A stretch of 64,000 nucleotides of DNA from Bacteroidales bacterium (GCA_029210585.1 JARGFP010000012.1:44512-108511), one strand, 5' to 3'; counted from the first letter of the stretch, positions 1-9,820 are shown. Notes: generated from the sequence alone by a model not told the origin. Made by a program: numbers and translations.

Positions 1-2
1 AG

Positions 3-761
3 GCCGACCTGACAGATCCATATTTTGAAACGGTATTCAATGAAGCTGCGCGCATGTATGAAATCACTGGCGGGGCGTTTGATATCACTGTGGGACCCCT
101 GATCGATGCCTGGGGATTTGGCCGGGGAGGAAAGATGGAGATGACCGGCGAGGTGATCGACAGCCTGATGCAGTATGTGGGTATGCCGAAAGTGAGGATC
201 GAAGGCAGCCGGGTCATCAAGGACCTCCCGGAGATCCGCCTGGACGTGAATGCCATTGCCCAGGGCTATGCCGTGGATGTGATGGCGGCATTCCTCGACG
301 ATCTGAAAATACGAAATTATATGGTGGAAATCGGCGGGGAGCTCACTACCAAAGGGCTGAGCCCGCGGGGGGACCACTGGAGGGTCGGTATCGACAAGCC
401 TTCATTCGGAAACCTGGTGCCCGGTCAGGACCTCCAGGAGGTGGTTGCACTTTCCGGACAGTCGCTGGCCTCATCGGGCAACTACAGGAAATTCTACGAA
501 GTGGACGGTCAGAAAATCGTCCACACCGTTGACCCCACCACCGGGTATACAAAAATGAGTAACCTGCTCAGTGTTACGATTATTACCGAGGATTGCATTA
601 CTGCCGATGCGCTTGCCACCTCCTGCATGGTGCTGGGGCTTGAGGAAGCAAAAAAGCTGATCGAGTCACAGGAGGGCGTCGAGGCGCTGCTCATTTTCAC
701 CGACGATGACGGGCTCTACCTGGAATGGGCCACGGATGGGATGAAGTCACTGATGCAGTGA
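3..761 (+). CDS. apbE: FAD:protein FMN transferase (ApbE family), 5' end cut by window edge
   Basis: The frame is open from base 3. ApbE-like motifs are present: AQGYAVD and SGNYRKF...VHTVDPTTGY. Confidence 0.8.
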   Translation, partial: ADLTDPYFETVFNEAARMYEITGGAFDITVGPLIDAWGFGRGGKMEMTGEVIDSLMQYVGMPKVRIEGSRVIKDLPEIRLDVNAIAQGYAVDVMAAFLDDLKIRNYMVEIGGELTTKGLSPRGDHWRVGIDKPSFGNLVPGQDLQEVVALSGQSLASSGNYRKFYEVDGQKIVHTVDPTTGYTKMSNLLSVTIITEDCITADALATSCMVLGLEEAKKLIESQEGVEALLIFTDDDGLYLEWATDGMKSLMQ

Positions 762-768
762 TGTAAAG

Positions 769-963
769 CTATTTCCCCTCCGATGCACAGGTGCCGCCCC
801 CGCATCCGCAGGAGGTGATCCCGCGCGCCTGGAGTTCTTCTGAATTGGAAGCCTGGCAGCTGCCACCCGAGAATTCTGCTTTGCGGTCAAACAACATCCT
901 GATTCCCAGTCCTGCCACTGCAAGTACCACCAATACGATTGCTGCCAATATTACTTTCATCAT
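769..963 (-). CDS. small single-pass membrane protein with a 4-Cys tail (NqrM-like architecture, function unproven)
   Basis: The 64-aa product has an N-terminal hydrophobic helix (VILAAIVLVVLAVAGLGI). Its tail carries four Cys (GGSCQ...SCGCGGGTC). It is paralogous to the ORF at 1138..1371, sharing LQAR followed by a C-x-GC motif. Confidence 0.5.
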   Translation of the reverse strand: MMKVILAAIVLVVLAVAGLGIRMLFDRKAEFSGGSCQASNSEELQARGITSCGCGGGTCASEGK

Positions 964-1137
964 GGTTTTTTGTTTTTAAGCGTTCAATACCAGGTGCATT
1001 TCTGCAGATGTATGGTCATCTTCTTCTAAAAAAACAGTTTTTCAGCTGTATCATCCCTTCAAATTACATTGCTGATTGCGCCTGCGTTCAGCAGTGCCCA
1101 TCATACTTCAATGTACCTGTTCTGTTATAACAAATTT

Positions 1138-1371
1138 CTAGGCTGGTTGTTGACACCCGGCGCAATCATTTTCGCGGGCCTGGAGCCGCTTTTTGTGGCA
1201 CCGGATCTCCTCGTGCTTGACGCATTTCACGCCCATCCTGGCCATGTCGGAGTTATGACCAACCCTGTAGGCAGGGAATTTGCCCTTCTTTTTGATAAGA
1301 ATATTCAAGGCCAGGCCCAGCATCGATAAGCTGAGCAGAAAGACCGATATCAAAAGTATATTCCAAAACAT
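1138..1371 (-). CDS. small single-pass membrane protein with a 4-Cys tail, paralog of 769..963
   Basis: The 77-aa product has an N-terminal helix (ILLISVFLLSLSMLGLALNILI). Its tail carries four Cys (VKCVK, IRCHK, DCAGC). The layout matches the neighbouring small ORF. Confidence 0.45.
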   Translation of the reverse strand: MFWNILLISVFLLSLSMLGLALNILIKKKGKFPAYRVGHNSDMARMGVKCVKHEEIRCHKKRLQARENDCAGCQQPA

Positions 1372-1473
1372 CTGAACAATCCCCCCTTTATGTTGTCAAA
1401 AGTGTGTAAATTTCTCCTGTGCAAAGATAATTAACAGATTGCAGAATTCGGTGCAAAACCGTCAATAGTTTGT

Positions 1474-3879
1474 ATGGAAAGTAAACGGATCAACTTATCC
1501 CGGGAAGAAATATTGAAGGATTTTCAACTGGCGTACCTCAGTCGCCAGGTGGCTGTGCTCGGACGCAAGGAAGTACTGTCGGGCAAGGCCAAGTTTGGTA
1601 TTTTCGGTGATGGAAAAGAGGTGGCCCAGATTGCCATGGCAAGGAATTTCAGGAATGGCGACTGGCGCTCCGGGTATTACCGTGATCATACCTTCATGAT
1701 GGCCGCCGGGATGTTCACTCCCGAACAATTTTTCTACCAGTTATACGGACATACCGATGAACAGATGAATCCCGGAACAGCCGGAAGAAATTTCAACAAC
1801 CACTTTGCCTCGCTGAGCCTGAAAGAGGACGGCTCGTGGAACGACCTGGCTGCCATGAAGAACACAGCGGCGGACCTTTCACCCACAGCCGGACAAATGC
1901 CGCGCCTGATTGGGCTTGGCTATGCATCCAAATTATACCGTGAGAATGAAGCGTTGCACCAGTACACCCATTTTTCGAACAAGGGAAACGAGGTGGCTTT
2001 CGGAACCATCGGTGATGCCAGTACCGCCGAGGGGATGTTCTTCGAGACCATCAATGCTGCAGCCGTGCTGCAAATACCTGTGGCCCTCGCGGTATGGGAT
2101 GATGGGTACGGGATCTCGGTAACCAAAGACAAGCAGATCGTCAAGGCAAGTATTTCAGAGGCGCTGAAGGGCTTTGAAAAGAATGGGAACAGCAATGGAA
2201 TCGAGATCATGCATGTACGCGGATGGAACTACCCGGAGTTGATCGACGTCTTTGAAAAGGGAATCGCAACATGCCGCAACACCCATGTCCCGGTGCTGTT
2301 CCACGTGGATGAGATGATGCAGCCCTTTGGTCACAGCACCTCCGGAAGCCATGAAAGATATAAATCGACCGAGCGGCTCGAATGGGAGAGGCAACACGAT
2401 CCCCTGCTGAAAATGGAACAGTGGATACTCGATGAGGGCCTGGCCACTGAAAAAGAGCTGGAAAAACTGAAGGACCGTGCTGCAACTGAAGCACGCAAGG
2501 CGCGTGACAAAGCCTGGAAGGATTATTCTGAGCCGATCAGGAAGGAACGGGATGAGCTGCTTGCCATTATCGATGGCAGAACCTGCCGGTGCGAGCAGGA
2601 AGATGTGGACAAGCTGGGGATCCTCAGCAAGGACCTCAAGCGTATCATGCATCCCATCCGTAAAGATGTGCAATCCACCGCCAAGCGGATCATGCGCAAC
2701 CTCTGCCATACCTGTCCCGTGCGTGAAGAACTGCAGGATGCCATTTCAGCATGGCTCAATGCATACAAGGAAAAGAATTATGAGCGGTACAGTACAAAAT
2801 TGTACAACGAGACCGACCGTTCCGCATTGAAGGTGCAACCTGTTGCCCTTGAAACCGATGACAAAGAAGTGATGAACGGCAGGGAGATCATCCGCGACAA
2901 CTTTGATGCACTGTTTGCAAAAAATCCCCTGCTGGTGACCTTCGGGGAGGACTCGGGCAAGATTGGTGATGTGAACAAGGGGCTCGAGAGCCTGCAGGAT
3001 AAATACGGGGAATTGCGCGTGACAGATACGGGGATCCGTGAGACCACCATCATCGGACAGGGTATCGGACTGGCATTGCGTGGTCTGCGACCCATTGCAG
3101 AAATACAATATTTTGATTACCTCCTGTATGCACTTGCCACCCTGAGCGACGACCTGGCTACCCTGCACTGGCGCACAAAAGGAGCCCAGGCTGCCCCGGT
3201 GATCATCCGTACACGCGGACACCGGCTGGAGGGCATCTGGCACTCCGGTTCACCGCTCAGCATGGTGATCAATTCCATCAGGGGAATCTACGTGTGCGTG
3301 CCCCGGAACATGACCCAGGCAGCCGGGATGTACAACACCCTGCTGGAAGCGGACGATCCGGCACTGGTGATTGAACCACTGAAGGGCTACGGGCTCAAGG
3401 AACCCAAACCTACGAATTTCGGGGAGTTCAGGGTGCCACTCGGACAACCGGAGATACTGGTGGAAGGTACGGACCTGACCCTGGTCACCTATGGGTCATG
3501 TGTCAGGATAGCAGAAACAGCAGTGAAGCAACTGGTTGAGTTCGGCATCAGTGTTGAACTGATCGATGTGCAGACCCTGCTGCCTTTCGACCTGGAGGGG
3601 ACCATCGGCAAATCTGTGGCAAAGACCAACAAGGTGGTGTTCTTCGATGAAGATGTACCCGGCGGCGCCACGGCATTCATGATGAAGCATGTGCTGGAGG
3701 ACCAAAAGGCCTGGTTCGACCTGGATGCCGAACCCAGCACGCTTTCGGCCCATGAACACCGGCCGGCATACAGCTCCGACGGCGACTACTATTCCAATCC
3801 CAATGCCGAGGATGTGTTTGAGACCGTATATGCAATCATGCACGAATACAATCCGGAGAAATACCCGGCGATCTACTGA
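1474..3879 (+). CDS. fused E1 alpha/beta 2-oxoacid dehydrogenase (TPP-dependent)
   Basis: The 801-aa chain has an E1-alpha-like N-terminal half (GDASTAEG region). Its C-terminal half is E1-beta/transketolase-like (GIRETTIIGQGIGLA, IIRTRGHRLEGIWHSGSP). No E2 or E3 gene is adjacent. Confidence 0.8.
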   Translation: MESKRINLSREEILKDFQLAYLSRQVAVLGRKEVLSGKAKFGIFGDGKEVAQIAMARNFRNGDWRSGYYRDHTFMMAAGMFTPEQFFYQLYGHTDEQMNPGTAGRNFNNHFASLSLKEDGSWNDLAAMKNTAADLSPTAGQMPRLIGLGYASKLYRENEALHQYTHFSNKGNEVAFGTIGDASTAEGMFFETINAAAVLQIPVALAVWDDGYGISVTKDKQIVKASISEALKGFEKNGNSNGIEIMHVRGWNYPELIDVFEKGIATCRNTHVPVLFHVDEMMQPFGHSTSGSHERYKSTERLEWERQHDPLLKMEQWILDEGLATEKELEKLKDRAATEARKARDKAWKDYSEPIRKERDELLAIIDGRTCRCEQEDVDKLGILSKDLKRIMHPIRKDVQSTAKRIMRNLCHTCPVREELQDAISAWLNAYKEKNYERYSTKLYNETDRSALKVQPVALETDDKEVMNGREIIRDNFDALFAKNPLLVTFGEDSGKIGDVNKGLESLQDKYGELRVTDTGIRETTIIGQGIGLALRGLRPIAEIQYFDYLLYALATLSDDLATLHWRTKGAQAAPVIIRTRGHRLEGIWHSGSPLSMVINSIRGIYVCVPRNMTQAAGMYNTLLEADDPALVIEPLKGYGLKEPKPTNFGEFRVPLGQPEILVEGTDLTLVTYGSCVRIAETAVKQLVEFGISVELIDVQTLLPFDLEGTIGKSVAKTNKVVFFDEDVPGGATAFMMKHVLEDQKAWFDLDAEPSTLSAHEHRPAYSSDGDYYSNPNAEDVFETVYAIMHEYNPEKYPAIY

Positions 3880-3958
3880 TGTTACTTTTTGTCCCATGGC
3901 GCTTGCAACTGATCCGCTGAGGAATACCTGGCCCGTTGAGAAACAATAATTTCTGTGC

Positions 3959-5485
3959 TTAATAATCCTTTCGGTCTTCGTCGCTGATCACCTTTCCTTC
4001 CGGTTCATCGTCGCTGAACCTTCGGATCCTGTAGTTGATGGCTGCGAACAGGATACTGAACATCGGGCTCAGGATATTAAAGAAGGCGAAGGGAATATAT
4101 TCCACCGTAGGAACGCCCAGTACCCTGGATTGTGTGGCGCCGCAGGTGTTCCACGGGACCAGCACGGAGGTGATCGTCCCGCCGTCTTCCAGGGTCCGGC
4201 TCAGGACCTCCGGTTTCAGTCCACGCTCCTTGTAGGTGGAGGCAAACATCCGGCCCGGCACCACGATGGAGATATACTGGTCGGAAGCTGTAATATTGAA
4301 GAATATACTGGTGCCGATCGTGGTGGCCACCAGGGAGCCGGTGGAATTGGCAAACCTGATCACTGAACGTGTGATCTTTTTCAGCATCCCGGCCGATTCC
4401 ATGGTTCCGCCGAATACCATGGCAGAGAGGATCAGCCAGATCGTCGACAGCATGCCCGCCATGCCGGATGTCGTGAGCAACTCATTGACCATCTCGTTGC
4501 TGGTGGCAATGCTCAGATTACCATAGATGGCCTGCATCACACTCATATAGGCCGCTTTGAAAAAACTCTGCGTTCCCGGTTCCAGCGTCATGCCCACTTC
4601 CCTTACCAGGTGCGGCTGGAAGATCAGGGCGAAAACGGCACCGATCAGCGAACCAAACAGCAGGGAGGGCAGGGGGGGTACTTTCTTGATGATCACGAAC
4701 AACAGCAGGGCCGGCACCAGCATCAGCCAGGGGCTGACAACGAAGCGCCCGTCAATGGCTGCCAGCACCAGGTCGATATCGCTGAGTTCCGCGTTGAAAT
4801 CGTAGGTGAACCCGATGACCAGGAAAATGATGAGCGTAAGGACCATGGCCGGGGTGGTAGTAATGGCCATGTACCTGATGTGGGTAAAAAGATCGGTTCC
4901 CGCCATGGCAGGGGCCAGGTTGGTGGTGTCGCTGAGCGGTGACATCTTGTCGCCGAAATAGGCGCCCGAGATGACGGCCCCGGCAACAATGCCCTGGCTG
5001 ATCCCAAGCGTGGTGCCGATGCCAACCAGCGCAATACCCATCGTGGCAATGGTCGACCAGGAACTTCCTGTTGCAAGGGAAACCACGCCCGCAATGATCA
5101 CGGTGGCAAAAAGAAAGATACTGGGATGGAAGATTTTCAGTCCATAATAGATGAGCGTGGGGACAACGCCGCTCAGCATCCAGGTGCCTGCCAGGGCACC
5201 GATCATCAGGAGGATCAGGATCGAGGGCATGGCCGAACTGATGCTTTTCACGATGCTTTCCCGGATGCCCGTCCACTTGTGGCCCAGGCTTACAGAAATA
5301 ATTCCCGCTACAGCAGCCGCAAGGATCAGTGCGAACTGGTTGGCACCGTCCAGGGTGTGGTCACCAAAATACAATACATTCAGTGTGAGCAGCGCGATCA
5401 GCACAAGGATCGGGATGAGAGCCTGTACGAGGGTAGGTTGTTTCTGCTTACTTTCCTCCATGCATGCGCGGAATTTGGGACGCAA
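3959..5485 (-). CDS. nhaC: Na+/H+ antiporter, NhaC family
   Basis: The 508-aa polytopic membrane protein has an NhaC-like N-terminus and glycine-rich helices. The start could instead be the internal ATG at 5461. Confidence 0.85.
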   Translation of the reverse strand: MRPKFRACMEESKQKQPTLVQALIPILVLIALLTLNVLYFGDHTLDGANQFALILAAAVAGIISVSLGHKWTGIRESIVKSISSAMPSILILLMIGALAGTWMLSGVVPTLIYYGLKIFHPSIFLFATVIIAGVVSLATGSSWSTIATMGIALVGIGTTLGISQGIVAGAVISGAYFGDKMSPLSDTTNLAPAMAGTDLFTHIRYMAITTTPAMVLTLIIFLVIGFTYDFNAELSDIDLVLAAIDGRFVVSPWLMLVPALLLFVIIKKVPPLPSLLFGSLIGAVFALIFQPHLVREVGMTLEPGTQSFFKAAYMSVMQAIYGNLSIATSNEMVNELLTTSGMAGMLSTIWLILSAMVFGGTMESAGMLKKITRSVIRFANSTGSLVATTIGTSIFFNITASDQYISIVVPGRMFASTYKERGLKPEVLSRTLEDGGTITSVLVPWNTCGATQSRVLGVPTVEYIPFAFFNILSPMFSILFAAINYRIRRFSDDEPEGKVISDEDRKDY

Positions 5486-5617
5486 GATAATTAAAATATG
5501 TTGAACTTTCTTGCGTTATTAATACATGCTGAGGTTGCCAGCCCCGGATCGGCTTACCCGGGAAAAATTTTGAAAGCGCCAAAAATCCGCTTAAATTGCA
5601 TACTGAAAGGGAATGAT

Positions 5618-6205
5618 ATGGACCTGAATTACGATTTTTTTAAAATATCAAACGACAAAGTTGCAGAGGGAGGACGTGTACTGATCTCGGAACCATTCCT
5701 CAGCGACCATTATTTCAGACGCTCGGTGGTCTACCTTACAGAGTACAGTGACAAAGGAGCACTGGGATTTGTGCTGAATAAATCGCTTGATATGTCGATC
5801 GCTGATGTGATCGAGAATTTTCCCATGGTCGAATTCCCGGTCTCCCTCGGCGGACCGGTCAGCACGAATACGGTCCACTACCTGCACACACTGGGCGATG
5901 AGATCCCCGAGAGTGTGCATGTGAAGGACGGGATCTTCTGGGGTGGTGATTTTGAGATCATGAAAGCCCTGGTGCAATCAGGCATTGCACACAACGGGAA
6001 CCTGAGGTTCTTTCTCGGGTACTCGGGATGGTCAGAAAACCAGCTTGAAGGGGAACTGGAAATGAATGCCTGGCTGGTGGGAGAGATCCCCGCTGCACTG
6101 GTGATGAAAGGCGGCTCAACGGAATTCTGGACCACCACCCTTGCAGGGTTGAACGAAAAATACAAGGCCTGGGCCAACTTCCCGGAAGACCCGGGAATGA
6201 ACTGA
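5618..6205 (+). CDS. YqgE/AlgH family protein (UPF0301)
   Basis: The family-typical N-terminus starts at the internal ATG 5618 (MDLNYDFFKISN...). It includes GRVLISEPFLSDHYFRRSVVYL and LGGPV. The upstream extension in the ORF track (from 5498) has no family-like sequence. Confidence 0.8.
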   Translation: MDLNYDFFKISNDKVAEGGRVLISEPFLSDHYFRRSVVYLTEYSDKGALGFVLNKSLDMSIADVIENFPMVEFPVSLGGPVSTNTVHYLHTLGDEIPESVHVKDGIFWGGDFEIMKALVQSGIAHNGNLRFFLGYSGWSENQLEGELEMNAWLVGEIPAALVMKGGSTEFWTTTLAGLNEKYKAWANFPEDPGMN

Positions 6206-6253
6206 CAGCCTGTACGACAGAACATCACCATCGGCTTACCGGCTCCTGTCCGA

Positions 6254-6310
6254 CACACTTTGCATGCCATGGCACACTTTCCATGCCACGGCACACTTTC
6301 CATGCCACGG
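6254..6310. repeat. 19-bp tandem repeat, 3 copies (CACACTTTSCATGCCAYGG)
   Basis: The copies sit at 6254-6272, 6273-6291 and 6292-6310. Copies 2 and 3 are identical, and copy 1 differs at 2 positions. The repeat lies between the convergent 3' ends of the yqgE-like gene and gmhB. Confidence 0.95.
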
Positions 6311-6341
6311 CATCTGTCGCAGTCACCAGTTCCATGAGCGC

Positions 6342-6827
6342 TTACATGATCCTGTCCAGCACTTTCCGCAGGTCCTGGTTTTTCCTGATTATAAGCGTCC
6401 GGACCCCGGCGCGCAACCCCGCTTCCACATCCGATTTCTTGTCACCGATGAACCACGACCGCCCCGGATCGATGTCGAACTGTGCCATGGCCTTTTCGAG
6501 CATCAGCGGCTCCGGCTTCCTGCACAGGCAACGTTCTATTTTGGTATGGTGCGGACAATAGTAGACAGCAGAAAGGTGGATGCCGTGGTGTCCCAGCAGT
6601 TCTTCCATGTGCCGGTGTACAACTTCCACGTCCTTCTTCGTGTATTTGCCTTTGGCGATCCCGCCCTGGTTGGTGATCACGATCAGCAGGTAGTCTTTGT
6701 CCTGCCATTGCTGCAATGCTTCAATGACCCCTTTGTTGATCTCGAAATCCTCCACCCTGTAAACGTAATAGTGCTTTTTCGGATGATTGATCACACCGTC
6801 CCTGTCGAGGAAAATTGCTTTGTTCAT
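6342..6827 (-). CDS. gmhB: D,D-heptose 1,7-bisphosphate phosphatase / HAD-IIIA hydrolase
   Basis: The HAD motif I is present (FLDRDGVIN). So is the GmhB-type Zn-binding Cys/His cluster (YYCPHH...CLCRKP). Confidence 0.75.
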   Translation of the reverse strand: MNKAIFLDRDGVINHPKKHYYVYRVEDFEINKGVIEALQQWQDKDYLLIVITNQGGIAKGKYTKKDVEVVHRHMEELLGHHGIHLSAVYYCPHHTKIERCLCRKPEPLMLEKAMAQFDIDPGRSWFIGDKKSDVEAGLRAGVRTLIIRKNQDLRKVLDRIM

Positions 6828-6903
6828 TGGTATCTGCCTTCGATATTACAAGATAGTTATATTTTCATTGTTGTCATGCGCAGAACAGGGACATGTTGTC
6901 TTT

Positions 6904-7521
6904 TCAGGTTAACCCGAGGTTTTCAAAAAAGTACCGGATCAACGGGGGATGCATGAGCACGGGATAGAAGAACCCGATGACCGCACCCCAAATGTGTGCG
7001 TCGTGGTTGATATTGTCCTTTTGTTTCCTGCTCATATAGCTCGAATAGACCAGGTAGAGGATGCCGAAGACCAGGCCGGGAATGGGAATGGCAAAGTAAA
7101 AATAGATCTTCTGCATGGGTTGAAAGAAGATGTGCGTAAAAACGATGGCTGAGACCAGGCCCGAGGCCCCTACCGCAGCATAGTCAGGATCGTTCCTGTG
7201 CTTAAGAATGGTGCTGATACTGGAACCGGTGATTCCGATGAAGGACAGAATCGCAAGGTGCAGATGGGGCGAACGGATCACATCGTGCGATTCCAGGTTC
7301 CTGAAGATCGATTCCACGCTCGTGCCGAATGAGAACAACACGATCATATTCACCACCAGGTGGACATAGTCGACATGCAGGAAGGCATGACTGATCACCC
7401 TGAAGTATTCCCTGTGGTGCACCACCCTTTGGGGTAACAGTACAAACCGGTCTGCCTGCTTTCTGAACCTGAAAGCGAGTACCGAGACTAGACTGATGAC
7501 AACGACGAGAATAATGGTCAC
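6904..7521 (-). CDS. rhomboid family intramembrane serine protease
   Basis: The 205-aa polytopic protein carries HAFLHVDYVHLVVNM and the catalytic-type GASG motif (VGASGLVSAIVF). A later His-containing helix is also present. Confidence 0.8.
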   Translation of the reverse strand: MTIILVVVISLVSVLAFRFRKQADRFVLLPQRVVHHREYFRVISHAFLHVDYVHLVVNMIVLFSFGTSVESIFRNLESHDVIRSPHLHLAILSFIGITGSSISTILKHRNDPDYAAVGASGLVSAIVFTHIFFQPMQKIYFYFAIPIPGLVFGILYLVYSSYMSRKQKDNINHDAHIWGAVIGFFYPVLMHPPLIRYFFENLGLT

Positions 7522-7524
7522 GGA

Positions 7525-8538
7525 TCAATGCAGTATTTTGAAGATCAATTCTTTGAGCAGATCCCCCGGTTCGATCGTGGTACCTTTGTACCCCTTGGAC
7601 TTCAGGTCATATTCGCGCAGCAGGCTGATGATATCGATCACCTTGTTGGCGTTGTAGTTCCTGGCTGCCTCCACGTAGTCCTTCACGAAAAACGACGACC
7701 TGATACCGAGCTCTCGTGCGACATTGTCCTTCGATTTGTCCTTGATCCAGTAGTATATCAATACCCTGGAAAAGAAGGCGAAAAGAATTGTGATGGTCAG
7801 TACCACCGGGTGGTTCTTCTGGTTATCGGCAAAATAGTTGATGATCCGGTTGGCTTTCACCACATCCCGCTTGCCGATCGCGTTCTGCAGTTCAAAATTA
7901 TTATAGTCCTTGCTGATCCCGATATTACGCTCGATAAGTACCGGTGTGATGGTTTTCTCGTTTTCGCCCAACGAGATGATCAACTTGTCGAGTTCGTTGG
8001 AGATCTTCGACAGGTCGCTTCCCAGGAATTCCAGGAGCATCGCCGATGCCTTGGGCTCAATGCTGCAGCCCTTTGAGGAAAGGTACCCTGATATCCACGA
8101 CGGTACCTCGTTGTCGTATAGTTTCTTCGCTTCGAGGAATACACTGTGCTGGATCAGGGATTTGAACTCCTTCTTCCGCCTGTCTGGTTTTTTGTACTTA
8201 TAGTCGATGACCAGCAGCGTCGATTTGAGCGGATTTTCCACGTAATGCTGCAGGAGCTCAAAATCTTTCATTTCCTGCGCCTCTTTCACGATCACTACCT
8301 GGTGACTGGACATCATGGGGAACCGTTTGGCGGCATTCATCACGGTAAGGGCATCGGTATCCTTCCCGTACAGGATGGTCTGGTTGAAAGACCGCTCCGC
8401 TTCGGTGAGTACATGATCCTGGATATAATCTGAGATCATATCGATGTAATAGGATTCCTCGCCGGTGAGGAAATAGACCGGTGCATACTGTTTCTTCTTC
8501 AGATCTGTTAATATTTGTTCGAAAGTCTTTGCTGCCAT
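7525..8538 (-). CDS. holA: DNA polymerase III subunit delta
   Basis: The 337-aa product has a HolA-typical N-terminus (YAPVYFLTGEESYYID...ILYGKD). Its ATG overlaps the stop of the upstream gene by 1 nt (TAATG). Confidence 0.85.
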   Translation of the reverse strand: MAAKTFEQILTDLKKKQYAPVYFLTGEESYYIDMISDYIQDHVLTEAERSFNQTILYGKDTDALTVMNAAKRFPMMSSHQVVIVKEAQEMKDFELLQHYVENPLKSTLLVIDYKYKKPDRRKKEFKSLIQHSVFLEAKKLYDNEVPSWISGYLSSKGCSIEPKASAMLLEFLGSDLSKISNELDKLIISLGENEKTITPVLIERNIGISKDYNNFELQNAIGKRDVVKANRIINYFADNQKNHPVVLTITILFAFFSRVLIYYWIKDKSKDNVARELGIRSSFFVKDYVEAARNYNANKVIDIISLLREYDLKSKGYKGTTIEPGDLLKELIFKILH

Positions 8539-9311
8539 TATTCAAACCTGAGGTGTTTCACCGATTCTCCCTGGTCGCGCAATTCGATCAGTGAATCGAT
8601 GCCAATGCGTACGTGTTTTTCAGCAAATTTCTGGGTCACCATTTTGTCGCTCCGGGTGGTCTTGACGCCGGAAGAGATCATGGGCTGGTCCGATACCAAC
8701 AGGAGGGATCCCATGGGGATCTCATTGGCAAAACCAACGATGAAGAGGGTGGCTGTTTCCATATCGATGGCCATACTGCGCATGGTACGCAGGTGTTCCT
8801 TGAAATTTTCATCATGTTCCCACACCCTGCGGTTGGTGGTGAAAACCGTGCCTGTCCAGTAATCCATGCCGTGGTTCCTGATGGTAGACGATACAGCGCG
8901 CTGCAGGCTGAATGCCGGGAGTGCAGGCACAAGCGGTGGCAGGTAATCATCGGACGTTCCCTCTCCGCGGATCGCCGCAATGGGCAGAATCAGGTCGCCC
9001 AACTGGTTCTTGCGTTTAAGTCCCCCGCACTTTCCCAGGAACAGCACAGCCTTGGGATGGACAGCCGCAAGCAGGTCGACAATGGTAGCAGCATTGGCAC
9101 TTCCCATTCCGAAATTGATCATGGTAATGGAATCCGCATTTGCACAGACCATGTTGGCATGGGGATCCACGATCGATGTGTCCATCTCTTTACAGAAGAT
9201 GTCGAGGTAATTCTGAAAATTGGTGAGCAATATATAGTCACCGAATTTATCCAGTGGATTTCCTGTATACCTGGGCAACCAGTTGCTGATGATCTCCTTT
9301 TTTGTTTTCAT
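8538..9311 (-). CDS. amn: AMP nucleosidase (short PNP/UDP-phosphorylase-fold form)
   Basis: Nucleoside phosphorylase-fold motifs are present: GMGSANAATIVDLL, FLGKCGGL and AIDMETATLF. I chose the internal ATG at 9311 (MKTKKEIISNWLPRYTG). Confidence 0.65.
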   Translation of the reverse strand: MKTKKEIISNWLPRYTGNPLDKFGDYILLTNFQNYLDIFCKEMDTSIVDPHANMVCANADSITMINFGMGSANAATIVDLLAAVHPKAVLFLGKCGGLKRKNQLGDLILPIAAIRGEGTSDDYLPPLVPALPAFSLQRAVSSTIRNHGMDYWTGTVFTTNRRVWEHDENFKEHLRTMRSMAIDMETATLFIVGFANEIPMGSLLLVSDQPMISSGVKTTRSDKMVTQKFAEKHVRIGIDSLIELRDQGESVKHLRFE

Positions 9312-9370
9312 TAAGGAATCGCTTAATTTAGGATCGTCTCTACAATGAGTTGATAAAGATAACAGCATTT

Positions 9371-9820
9371 ATGCAAAAACTGAACTTGCCGGAGTATGAT
9401 TTAAAGCTTAAACAGGAAGGAGGCAGGACCCTGGTCTTCGACCCGTTCAGGTCGAAGTACCTGGTAATGACACCCGAAGAACAGGTACGGCAACTGTTTG
9501 CCAGGTACCTGGTGGAGGAAAAGCAGTACCCGGCTTCGCTGATGGCCACCGAATATGCACTTGTCCTGAATAAAATGTCGAAGCGCTGCGATATCCTGGT
9601 CTTTGACCGAAATGGCAAACCCGTTGTGCTGGTGGAGTGCAAGTCACCGGATGTACGGATCGGCAGGGAGGTGTTCGACCAGGTGGCGAGGTACAACATG
9701 GTGTTCAGGGTTGCCTACCTTTTGATTACCAACGGACTGAAACATTATTGCTGTCGTGTCGACCACGAGGCGGGGAGCGTGGAATTCCTGGATGATATCC
9801 CGGTGTATGCGGCACTGTAG
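9371..9820 (+). CDS. type I restriction enzyme HsdR N-terminal (nuclease-like) domain protein, stand-alone
   Basis: The roughly 150-aa product has a PD-(D/E)xK-like core (CDILVFDRNGKPVVLVECKSP). The start is taken at ATG 9371. Confidence 0.7.
   Translation: MQKLNLPEYDLKLKQEGGRTLVFDPFRSKYLVMTPEEQVRQLFARYLVEEKQYPASLMATEYALVLNKMSKRCDILVFDRNGKPVVLVECKSPDVRIGREVFDQVARYNMVFRVAYLLITNGLKHYCCRVDHEAGSVEFLDDIPVYAAL

Noticed and set aside
5498-5617. N-terminal extensions proposed by the ORF track for several genes: 5498, 9368, 20716, 37313, 57716, 57681 and 59852.
   Set aside because: In each case the family-typical N-terminus begins at an internal ATG. The upstream part either overlaps a neighbouring gene or repeat, or has non-protein-like composition.
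9371-9820. The HsdR N-terminal domain protein considered as part of a type I restriction-modification or defence locus.
   Set aside because: It is only about 150 aa long. It has no helicase/ATPase part, and no hsdM or hsdS is nearby. Its neighbours are housekeeping genes (holA, AMP nucleosidase).
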